Positions 10,002 through 19,149 of a stretch of 57,043 bases of DNA are shown here, in pieces. Position 1 is the stretch's first letter; each line of letters opens with the position of its first letter. Below the pieces are notes generated by a model. It saw nothing but the letters and a program-made list of their open reading frames with translations. It ran no database searches and was not told the DNA's origin. The position numbers were made by a program, and so were the translations under genes. The DNA comes from Promethearchaeota archaeon (GTDB lineage: Archaea > Asgardarchaeota > Lokiarchaeia > Sigyniarchaeales > SOKP01): assembly GCA_016839765.1 (NCBI GenBank), contig JAEOTP010000064.1:1-57043 (forward strand), written 5' to 3'.

Positions 10002-11114
10002 TTAGAGTATATTTTTCATAAATTCTTCTCGACGTTTAACCTTCGATTCTGAATATTGAGTTATCAATTTTATCATTTTATCCTTTTGAACTTCATCAAG
10101 ATCTACTGCTCTGATTACCCCCGCGTCTAGAGCTTTTTTCAACACGTCTATTCCTTTTTTAGTTCGCGGGATTACAGTAGTGTATTTATCTTGTGAACCT
10201 AATCCCCCAAAAGAAATATCAGCATAAATGTTTGTGAAATCACTGCAAGCATTACATGCAGGGCGCATATAGTCTTTTAAGTGATTAAAAGGAATATGAA
10301 TAATTTTTTCACCAGTTCCCATATCCTTTAACTTGAATATAACATCTTCTTTAATATTTATTTTTTCGAGATCTCTAAATTTTATATTAAAATCTTTTTC
10401 AAATTTTTCTATTTGAAATTTCTCAAAGAAGAAATTTTCATAACAGAATAAGCCTAAGCAGATTTCTATATTTTCTGATGGGGTTACCCCTAAATCTTGC
10501 ATGCACCTAATCGTGTAAAGTTGGCACGGAGTTCCTACAACCGCCAATTTCTTAAATTTATAGTGATTTAATTTGGGGATAGAATGAGTATACGTACAGA
10601 ATTTTTGGATTTCATCAAGCTGGGGAGATATATCTAATTTAGCTCCTGAAGCTTTTATTAAATCATATTTACTGTCAGCGAAAGTTGCTTCTCTTGAAAA
10701 AGGAGCATCAGTTTTTGAAACAATAGAGCCATCAATTAACCTTTTTTCAATTAAAAAATTTATAATAGAATTTACTACTCCTCCATCAGTTCCATAATCT
10801 AGAAAATCCTTATCCGTTGCTTGACATGAATAAATATTCTCGTAATATCCAATTGGCGTTGACGAAAATCCTGCAAATTTATAGGTTTGATTAAGTTCAT
10901 TATCTAGAACATGAGTTTGTGGGCAAATATAATAACAAATCCCACACTCAAGACATTTATCTTTATTAATATATTCAGGAGGTTTATATGGATCTTTTAA
11001 TCCAATCACATCATATTCAGCTGAACTACAAAAACTTACACATCCACCACATTCTTGGCAGATACCTTTTTCGTGAACCTCCTCAATAAGATCCTGGAAT
11101 GTTTTAGAATCCAT
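10002..11114 (-). CDS. Coenzyme F420 hydrogenase/dehydrogenase beta subunit (FrhB/FdhB family) with N-terminal 2x[4Fe-4S]
   Basis: CQECGGCVSFC, CLECGICYYICP, DGGVV, VGTPCQ, GLFCYENF, C..C.DF...ADISFG. Confidence 0.88.
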   Translation of the reverse strand: MDSKTFQDLIEEVHEKGICQECGGCVSFCSSAEYDVIGLKDPYKPPEYINKDKCLECGICYYICPQTHVLDNELNQTYKFAGFSSTPIGYYENIYSCQATDKDFLDYGTDGGVVNSIINFLIEKRLIDGSIVSKTDAPFSREATFADSKYDLIKASGAKLDISPQLDEIQKFCTYTHSIPKLNHYKFKKLAVVGTPCQLYTIRCMQDLGVTPSENIEICLGLFCYENFFFEKFQIEKFEKDFNIKFRDLEKINIKEDVIFKLKDMGTGEKIIHIPFNHLKDYMRPACNACSDFTNIYADISFGGLGSQDKYTTVIPRTKKGIDVLKKALDAGVIRAVDLDEVQKDKMIKLITQYSESKVKRREEFMKNIL

Positions 11115-11128
11115 AATTATTAAATTTT

Positions 11129-12631
11129 TTATTCTTTTTGTGTTTCTAATATAATAGGTTTACATTTTTTTCTTTTGGATATAGCTATCCTCTCAACAAG
11201 ACCTTGTCCTGGTTTAACTTCCTTCAAATTTTGGTATTCTATCAAGCCAGCATCAACCGCTCCTTTAAAAATTTCTTCTCCTTCTTTTGAACGTGTGATT
11301 ACAGAAGAATAACCACTTTGTGAGCCAATGGAGCCTACTGAAATATCTGCATAGTCTGAGGTTAGATCCTCACAGTAATGACAATTATCTCGTGCATACG
11401 ATTGAACTTCTTTCAAATCTACTGCCAATTCTTCACCTGATTTTAAAGTTATTATGAACTTACCCTTATCTATGTTCATCTTTGTTAATTCATTAATATC
11501 TTGGTTAAATTTATCTTTCGCCAATTTAATGATATCCAAGTAAGAAAATGACTCCATACAAAACAAGCCAACTTTATATTTAATATTTTTAAAGAACGGG
11601 AGTCCACTTGGGAATAGGGTTCCCTTTTCAATAGCTTTCATCATACAAGGAACGCCTACGATTGCAATCTTATTATATTTCTTTGCTTGATCTATAATTT
11701 TTAATGAGGGCGCATTGGCATATTTTGTACCCCCTGTTTTATATAAATCTTTTACATCATCTATTATAATTGGTTCTGGTCTCCATAAATCACTTGAATG
11801 TTGTACTGCTATTATCGCATCTACTAATTTATTCTCTAATAAGTACTCTAATAAAGATGTTACAATACCTCCATCTTGACGCACTTTCTTTATTTCATCT
11901 TTAGTTGTTGTTCCCGTATATGCATTAATATAACCCCCTATTTTTTCAGAGTAAGTCAGTGATTTATCTAGTTTTTTGATACTTTGATAAGCTTGATCAA
12001 TAGAAAAGGAGCGAGGACATACTGTAAAACATAAACCGCATTTCATACAAATATTATCATCGATTTCAAGATTATCTGCTGTTACTTCTATTGCATTTAC
12101 TGGACATACAGAAGAACACCACCCACAATAACAACAGACTCCTGAATCGAATACTATTGAAACTGGTTCAAAATAATGTTCAGTAAAATCATGCGGCACC
12201 TCTTTTACTTGATATCTATAGAAATATTCCTTTTCTTCGACTTCTTTTTCTTCCCCCTTTATTTTTTTTATTACCGTTTTTGTTTTAATTTCGACTTGTT
12301 CTTCAACGTATCCTTGCTCCTTTAAATAAATAACGTCTCGGATTACATTTTCAGCTAGAAAAGCTTTAATACTTTTAGTGATTTCTTCTAAAAATAATGG
12401 TTTTTTACCTCTTAGTTGATCCAAGACTATTTTGCGTTCAGTTTCTGCATCTATCATAGTATCTAGAATTTCATAGAATTCTTGCTCAGAATATTTCCCA
12501 GTTTTTAATATTTCTTCTTTTGCTTCAAAAAATGCTCTAACTTGAAAATTTTCAGAAGCTTTATATGTTGCTTCTAATAATTCCTTAGGAGAAATTCCAC
12601 TAAACAATTTATTATTTACTATTTGAACCAT
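11129..12631 (-). CDS. FrhB/FdhB-family protein with a ~150-aa extra N-terminal helical/winged-helix-like region
   Basis: CCYCGWCSSVCP, CMKCGLCFTVCP, QDGGIVT, GTKY, VGVPC, GLFCMESF, CHYCEDLTSDYADISVG. Confidence 0.88.
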   Translation of the reverse strand: MVQIVNNKLFSGISPKELLEATYKASENFQVRAFFEAKEEILKTGKYSEQEFYEILDTMIDAETERKIVLDQLRGKKPLFLEEITKSIKAFLAENVIRDVIYLKEQGYVEEQVEIKTKTVIKKIKGEEKEVEEKEYFYRYQVKEVPHDFTEHYFEPVSIVFDSGVCCYCGWCSSVCPVNAIEVTADNLEIDDNICMKCGLCFTVCPRSFSIDQAYQSIKKLDKSLTYSEKIGGYINAYTGTTTKDEIKKVRQDGGIVTSLLEYLLENKLVDAIIAVQHSSDLWRPEPIIIDDVKDLYKTGGTKYANAPSLKIIDQAKKYNKIAIVGVPCMMKAIEKGTLFPSGLPFFKNIKYKVGLFCMESFSYLDIIKLAKDKFNQDINELTKMNIDKGKFIITLKSGEELAVDLKEVQSYARDNCHYCEDLTSDYADISVGSIGSQSGYSSVITRSKEGEEIFKGAVDAGLIEYQNLKEVKPGQGLVERIAISKRKKCKPIILETQKE

Positions 12632-12690
12632 ATTTCAATCCATTTCTATCCTTAACTAAAAAATTCAAATTTATTATTAATTAATTTAAA

Positions 12691-12762
12691 AACCCCCCCT
12701 TTGCAAGGTAAGTCACCTTAAAACTAAAATTTTATTTTAAGATTCATTCTACGGGAGTAGTT
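12691..12762 (-). promoter_or_regulatory. Eukaryote-like SECIS element overlapping the vhuD stop codon
   Basis: Minus strand GTAG-A-ATGA-ATCTTAAAAT-[AAAATTTTA]-GTTTTAAGGT-GA-C-TTAC: AUGA/GA kink-turn core, 10-bp helix (2 G-U pairs), apical loop beginning AAA, lower helix GTAG/TTAC plus AACT(A)CTCCC/GGGGGGGTT. Confidence 0.8.
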
Positions 12763-13202
12763 ACTACTTTCTTTTTAATAGATTTCATATCCATGGTATT
12801 AATCGGATTTGGTCCCGCCCGCCTTATTTTTTCAAGAGCGTCTTCAACGCTTTTAACTAGTTTTTCAGATTCTGCACCGCTTAACCAGTACATGTTGACT
12901 CTTTGACTTCCAAACCCTCGAGATTCTAAAATTCTATTTGCCAAATCTACATGTCTTTGGGCTGTATAATTACCATTTTTAAATTGACATTCATCAGGTC
13001 TTCATCCAACAACCATAACACCATCAGCTCCAGATTTGATAGTATATAAAATATGTTTCACATCAATCCTTCCAGTACACTTAACTTTGATGATTTTTAC
13101 TGATGGTGTATACTTTAAACGAGAAACTCCAGCCAAATCAGCAGCACTATAACCTCACTTTAAACAAGCAAACATAATTATTTTATAGTTATAACCTTCC
13201 AT
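12744..13202 (-). CDS. vhuD: Selenocysteine-containing MvhD/VhuD (152 aa; Sec16, Sec67)
   Basis: ATG 13202 after GGAGG: MEGYNYKIIMFACLK-U-GYSAADLAGVSR...KCTGRID...GADGVMVVG-U-RPDECQF. In-frame TGAs at 13155-13157 and 13002-13004 match Cys in the paralogue motifs CNWCSY and GCHIGDC. Confidence 0.92.
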
Positions 13203-13210
13203 TTTGATGT

Positions 13211-15151
13211 TTAACCTCCTTCTAGTAATCCATCTATCTCAGCATATAATTGATAATCACGGTAATAACGAATATCAATAGCTTGTGTAGGACAACAGGT
13301 TGCACATATCCCGCATCCATCGCAATTTATTTCATCAACAACAGCGCCTTCCTCATCGACTATTTTAATAGCCATCTTAGGACATTCTTTTTCACATCTT
13401 CTGCATGAGATACAAAACTCATTATCTACTTCAGCAGTAATAAGCTCAATATCTATCTCTCCTGGGGCTGTTAATTCAGCGACTTTACTCGCTGCTGCTC
13501 TTGCTTGGGATACGGAATAGGCAATGTCCTTAGGACCTTGAGCAAAGCCCGCAATAAAGATACCTTTTGTTTTAGTTTCTTGCGGCATTAAGCCAAAGTG
13601 GGATTCAGTTAGAAATCCATTTCTGTCAGCATCCAAATTTAAGACTTTTACAATTCGTTGTGTTCCTTCAGAAGGTAATGCTGCGGTAGATAACACTACT
13701 AGATCAGCATCTATTTTAATGATTTCATCAGTTAAAGAAGAGTAAACTCTAATTTTAATGTCTTTACTCTCAGGGTCTTCTGAAAATTCACCAACTTTAC
13801 CGCGAATCATCTTAATATCGGAGTCTTTAGCACGCTGATAATATTCTTCGAAACCTTTTTCATTAGTTCTTATATCAATATAGCATATAGTAATATTTGC
13901 GTCTGGAAATTCTTCTTTAAGTAATTTTCCATTCTTTAATGCTAACATACAACAAACACCGCTACAATATGGTCGTTCTGAGTCTCTACTACCGACACAT
14001 TGGATAAAAACGATTTCTTTTGGTTTTTTATTGTCTGATAGGCGCCTTACATGTCCCTCTAAAGGTCCGTTTGGTGCTAGTATTCTTTCTAATTGAGCTT
14101 GAGTTATTACATTTTCGAACTCACCATAACCATATTCACCAAAAGGTTCATAAATATCCCACCCCGTTGCTATGATTATTGTGCCAACTTTAAATTTTAC
14201 CTCTTTAGGTACTTGACTGAAATCTATAGCATCTAATTCACAAGCTTCTATACAGCTAAAACATTCAACGCATGAATCCCTGTTTACATCATACAAAAAT
14301 GGTACTGCTTGACCGAATGCAATATCTATGGCCTTACGAGCGCCCAAATATTCATCAAAATAGTTAGAAGTATAAACGGGACAAACTTCAGCACAAGCTC
14401 CACATCCATTGCAATCTTCATTGATGTATCTTGGTTTCATCTTAACTATTATATTATAATTACCAACATATCCAGAAACCTCTTTTACTTCACTAAAACT
14501 TAGAATCTCTATATTTTCATTTCGATTGACATCTAGCATTTTTGGACCACAGATTCATATAGCACAGTCATCAGTGGGAAATGTCCGGTCTAATTGTGCC
14601 ATTCTACCTCCAATAGTTGTTTTACTATCTACAAGATAAACCTTAATACCTTGATTAGCAAGATCTAAAGCAGCATTCATCCCTGCTATTCCTCCACCCA
14701 CTACCAGTGTAGCTTTTTCAACAGGAACAGTTTTAATTGGCACTATTTCAAGTTGTTTTGCTCGCTCAATCCCACTTTTTACTAAGATTTTAGCTTTGTC
14801 TAAAGCTTCTTCATTCTTTTCTGTACACCAAGAACAATGTTCTCGAACATTAACCATCTGAAAATAGTATGGATTTAAATCGGTTTTGGCGATTGAATCT
14901 CTATAAATCGGTTCGTGAGTACGAGGAGTTCAAGCAGAAGCTACAATACGATTTAATTTCTTCTCTTTGATGTCTTCAATAATCTCGTTTTGACCGCTTT
15001 CTGTTCATAGGAAACTGTGCTGTTTCGAGACAATTACTCCATCGAGTTTTTTAGCAAATTCTACTAGCTTATTGCAATCAACTTTGCCACGAATATTAAT
15101 ACCTCATTGACAAGCATAGTATCCAATCCGATGCATATCAGATTCTTCCAT
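13211..15151 (-). CDS. hdrA: Selenocysteine-containing HdrA (646 aa; Sec16, Sec49, Sec74, Sec199)
   Basis: One continuous frame from ATG 15151 (GAGGTGG upstream) joins ORFs 14555..14857 and 13211..14539. TGAs at 15104-6 (ACQ-U-GINI), 15005-7 (FL-U-TE), 14930-2 (ASA-U-TPRTHE) and 14555-7 (DDCAI-U-ICGPK) each align to a Cys of the 5631..8729 paralogue. Confidence 0.92.
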
Positions 15152-15582
15152 CTTTTTTTACACATCCACCTCTAATTTGACAATTTTGTATAGTTCTTTT
15201 CCTATAGTTTTTGTTTCTTAATTATGATCAATTTCCGATATTGAAAATTGATTTATTATCGAGAATTGGCTTTTTTTTCATTCTTTTTTAACTTTTATGT
15301 TATTTATACTTAAATAATTTGTTATTTTCCAGTATAATAAAATTCTGATAATTTAATTACTAAAATAGGTAATTTTATCCCATTTCGAAAAATTTACTCA
15401 ATTTAATTGAGGAATTTAATAATCTAATACTAAAAAATAATTGGATTTAATAAAATAAGGTTTCAAAAATCACTGTATTTTAAAAAGAAAAATTTATATC
15501 CTTATTCGACATGAATGTATAATAATATAGAATCAATAGGGTTTCACTTGAAACCTAAAATTTAATTGTTAATAAAAATGAT

Positions 15583-16257
15583 GTGATATTCTTGACTATT
15601 ATCTTCAATTATTACCAATATCTCTCGTATTATGCGCTTATTCATTTTACAATCCCGTCCATAATTACAACCATTTTTACTGTAATTTTAAATGTTTTTA
15701 TTTTGATTTCCAGTAAGGCTTTACGTGAAGAGATTAAAAAGACGAGTCTTTTAAAGAGTGCTGCGATTATAAACATTATTTTTAGCATCTTGCTATTAAT
15801 ATTTCCATCGATCGCATATTCAACTCTAACCGAAATAGAGAAAATAATTGTAATTAGTTATATGATATTTCTTGCATTGATTGGAACCTTACCATTTTTT
15901 ATAACGTATGGACTCTTTTTTTTCCTTTTCGGCAAAGCTAACCAAGAAAGATATAATAGGTTTCTAAAAATTGCTGGGATTCTCTGGATGGTATCTTTCG
16001 GATTTTATTTACTAATTCTAAACGGTTTATTAGGCGGTATCATATACATCTTCACGGGATATCCACCAACCCTTGTAATAACTAATTTTACTAGAATTAT
16101 TTTTACTATTATTGAATTGAATGGTTTTGTGTTGCTAATGATCCATGGCATTAAAAATAATAATAAGAATCTAATGATAGCAGGTATATTAAGACTTGTT
16201 GCTTTTACTACAGTAATCTTTTATAATCTATTCGTGAATTACCTCCCATTGCCCTAA
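15583..16257 (+). CDS. Hypothetical multi-pass membrane protein
   Basis: About 6 hydrophobic segments; start codon uncertain. Confidence 0.65.
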   Translation: MIFLTIIFNYYQYLSYYALIHFTIPSIITTIFTVILNVFILISSKALREEIKKTSLLKSAAIINIIFSILLLIFPSIAYSTLTEIEKIIVISYMIFLALIGTLPFFITYGLFFFLFGKANQERYNRFLKIAGILWMVSFGFYLLILNGLLGGIIYIFTGYPPTLVITNFTRIIFTIIELNGFVLLMIHGIKNNNKNLMIAGILRLVAFTTVIFYNLFVNYLPLP

Positions 16258-16349
16258 ATTTAAAAATACAAATACCTCTAAATTTTTTTTCCTTTTAGTT
16301 AACTGCTCTCTAATGAATATAATTTGATGCTCTCACTTTTATAGATTGA

Positions 16350-17468
16350 TTATCTCTCAAGGATAATTTTTCCTTGTAGTTCTTCAATAAGATTTTCTAA
16401 GTTTCTAATTTTATCTTCAAGTGTATCAATTTTTTTGAAATTATTCGAAATTATCTTTCTTATTAATTTATTTTCTGAAACTGTAAAAGCACCTGTCTTC
16501 TTTTTAAAGAATTTAAATCTGCGGTAAGCATATGATCGTTTCAACAGGTTTAAGCGAACCGCCCATTTTGCCATAGGCATAAAATATTTCTTGGATCCAA
16601 TTTTTTTCCTTACTTCATTATAATAATCTGTAAGAGTGTGTCTTTGGTAAGTTAAGAGTTGCTGAGACTTTTTAGTATCCATAAAGCCACAATGAAAATC
16701 CTTCTGTTCAAACGCATGTTCAGGTAAAAAATTCCTACCTAACCCAAAAATTTCCATCATATTGTTAAGGTACTCTTTATACGTAGTCCTACATTGTTCT
16801 CCTCCAGCAATAAGAAAGGTTTTGCCCCATAGCTCATCACATTCGATTGCATTTACCAATGCATAGCCAACATCTTTTGTATCACATATCTCAATGCAAG
16901 TATCTAATGGCATATGAAACATTAAAGGATCCATTTTTAATTTTTTGATCGAAGTGATATAAGTTAATCGAAAGATTGAGAACCTTATTCCCGATTCTCG
17001 AATTAAATTTTCTGCTCTAATTTTTGTAAGCGCATAATAATCTCCTCTGCTTGGTTTTAAAGGATCACCAACCTTAATCAGAGGATTTTCTAGACGATCC
17101 CCATATACGGCTATTGATGATGTAAAAATTAATTTTGGCTTACTTTTTTTCTTTTTAATGGCATTTATTATATTTGAGGTCCCTCCAATATTAACTGCTT
17201 CAGCTAAGTCTGGATTGGTATCTGCTAATGGAGGAATGATGGCAGCTAAATGAATAACAACATCTTGCCCCTCAACAGCTTTTTTTACATCATCATAATT
17301 CCTGAGATCTCCCCAAATAATCTCAAGGTTGCTTTTGTATTTTTTAGCAATTTTTCTATTATTTTTATTATATATTTCGATAATTCTTACTTTATGATTT
17401 CTTTTTATTAATTCATCTATTGTACTCAAGCCAACATTTCCAAAGGCTCCAGTTACTAATATATTCAA
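16350..17468 (-). CDS. NAD-dependent epimerase/dehydratase (extended SDR)
   Basis: TGAFGNVG, HLAAII, YALTK; GGAGGAG RBS before a TTG start. Confidence 0.88.
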   Translation of the reverse strand: MNILVTGAFGNVGLSTIDELIKRNHKVRIIEIYNKNNRKIAKKYKSNLEIIWGDLRNYDDVKKAVEGQDVVIHLAAIIPPLADTNPDLAEAVNIGGTSNIINAIKKKKSKPKLIFTSSIAVYGDRLENPLIKVGDPLKPSRGDYYALTKIRAENLIRESGIRFSIFRLTYITSIKKLKMDPLMFHMPLDTCIEICDTKDVGYALVNAIECDELWGKTFLIAGGEQCRTTYKEYLNNMMEIFGLGRNFLPEHAFEQKDFHCGFMDTKKSQQLLTYQRHTLTDYYNEVRKKIGSKKYFMPMAKWAVRLNLLKRSYAYRRFKFFKKKTGAFTVSENKLIRKIISNNFKKIDTLEDKIRNLENLIEELQGKIILER

Positions 17469-17633
17469 ATAAAACTCCTCCTTTTCATTATTATTTTTAC
17501 TTCAAGTTCTAAACCATTACAAAACCCCTACTATAATAAAATGAATATTGACTAAAGAGTTAAATGGTAGTGATCGCAACTTATAAGAATTATTATTAAT
17601 TAGTGATAATTAAAAGCAGAGTTCTGACGAGAG

Positions 17634-18314
17634 ATGAAAATAGTAAGATTACAAATACCTGGTAGTTCTCTTAAGGAAGTTGGATTTGAAAATTTGTTTG
17701 ATAAAGTTGAATTTATAGAAATATTAAATGCCTTTCAATACGATCAAAACCACTTCTTTGCTTTACAGAAAATTAAATTCAAACAAAAAATTGAAGTCAA
17801 TATGAAGGAATTTATTATAGAAAGCTTTAAGCCTGAAACTTTACAAATTTTGGATCGATCAGGAAATGAAATAATTTGTATTATGGATCAAAGTAGATCA
17901 GCTGGCTTTTTTCCTATCGTAGATTTGGGTCCATGGGCATTTCTCTTTCCTATTCATGTATCGAGTGAAGTTGTTCTAATTACCGTTATTTGTCATGAAG
18001 ATTATATAAAAAATTTATTTGAGAAATTAACCTCATTTACAGAAGATTTTAGAATTATTGGGATGACTGATCTTGATGAAATTAGTAAATTTGATGAATC
18101 AATTTGGAGATCAATTATCCCACTTCCAAAATTTACAAAACGGCAAAGAGAAATTGCCAGTTATGCTGCAAAAAATGGATTCTTTAAATCTCCAAAAGAA
18201 ATTTCTTCTAAGGAAATTGCATCATATTTTGGATTAAAGGAAGCCACAGTAAATAAACACCTAAAAATGACAAGAAACCTCACAATGGAATACTTTTTTG
18301 GAAAGTTTATTTAA
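17634..18314 (+). CDS. Transcriptional regulator with C-terminal Bat-type (HTH_10) helix-turn-helix
   Basis: FTKRQREI..YA.KNGFF..PKEISSKEIA..FGL..ATVNKHL; divergent from the SDR gene. Confidence 0.8.
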   Translation: MKIVRLQIPGSSLKEVGFENLFDKVEFIEILNAFQYDQNHFFALQKIKFKQKIEVNMKEFIIESFKPETLQILDRSGNEIICIMDQSRSAGFFPIVDLGPWAFLFPIHVSSEVVLITVICHEDYIKNLFEKLTSFTEDFRIIGMTDLDEISKFDESIWRSIIPLPKFTKRQREIASYAAKNGFFKSPKEISSKEIASYFGLKEATVNKHLKMTRNLTMEYFFGKFI

Positions 18315-18340
18315 AAAAAATAAATATTAGAAAGAAGTAT

Positions 18341-19048
18341 TCATCTTTCTGGTTTTAATTTCTTTATTAATACAAAAAGCGCTAGTGGAATAATCCAAGC
18401 AAGTATAGAAAATAGTAGAATCCATTCCCATAGGGGATTACTTTCTATTAAAAAGACAATTATAGTTGTAAATGGTCCAACAACTCCATATAAGCCAAGT
18501 AGCTTAGGTATTTTCGTTTTATAAAGTAGTATATACCATCCCATAAAAAAGGCGGAAAGCACAAAACCTACAAATGCTAACTCTGACATTATACCATGAA
18601 GTTCTGCTCCAAAAAGAATATCACTTCTGTTTTCGCTAAATATACCCACACCAATATATCCCAATCCTCCAATGAGTCCGAAGATAAAACCACTACTTGT
18701 TAATCTTATTCTTAACCTAGTAAATTTACGCATATTTTTTTGTGGTATTGGTAAAAGGAGGTTTTCCATATAATATGTAATAGGAATAGTTAACGATCCA
18801 GCAATTATGCAGGCTATATCATATAAATAAGGAGCGGGCGTATAAGGACTTCCTCCGAGATCACTAATCCAGTTATCAATAATAGAATATCCACTTGGGC
18901 CGAATATCGATGCAACAATTACACCAGCAATGAGAAAAGAGAGGTATAGGATAATAACTAAAATTCCACAGATTTTAACGATTCTATAATTTATTACTTT
19001 ATCAAATATAGTTGCTCGTATTTTATTTATTGATTCTCTTAATGACAT
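18341..19048 (-). CDS. DUF998-like membrane protein
   Basis: GYSIIDNWISDLG, VGIFSE, LHG, LWEW; multiple TM segments. Confidence 0.7.
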   Translation of the reverse strand: MSLRESINKIRATIFDKVINYRIVKICGILVIILYLSFLIAGVIVASIFGPSGYSIIDNWISDLGGSPYTPAPYLYDIACIIAGSLTIPITYYMENLLLPIPQKNMRKFTRLRIRLTSSGFIFGLIGGLGYIGVGIFSENRSDILFGAELHGIMSELAFVGFVLSAFFMGWYILLYKTKIPKLLGLYGVVGPFTTIIVFLIESNPLWEWILLFSILAWIIPLALFVLIKKLKPER

Positions 19049-19149
19049 AATAAACCCATATCCATTTTTAATAATTTAAATTACAACTCTATAAAAAGTT
19101 AATTAATTAGAGGGACTGAGTTTTAATTCATCCTAATTATTAGATTTGA

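Noticed and set aside
12686-12720. Simple intrinsic terminator (CTTACCTT-GCAA-AGGGGGGG-TTTTT) as the sole explanation of the GC-rich patch after vhuD
   Set aside because: Possible as an alternative fold, but the SECIS pairing explains more nucleotides and the conserved motifs. A dual role is not excluded.
12744-15151. Pseudogene or fragmented-gene reading of ORFs 12744..12944, 13211..14539 and 14555..14857
   Set aside because: All interruptions are TGA, in frame, at conserved Cys positions, with no frameshifts or TAA/TAG, and a SECIS-like element follows.
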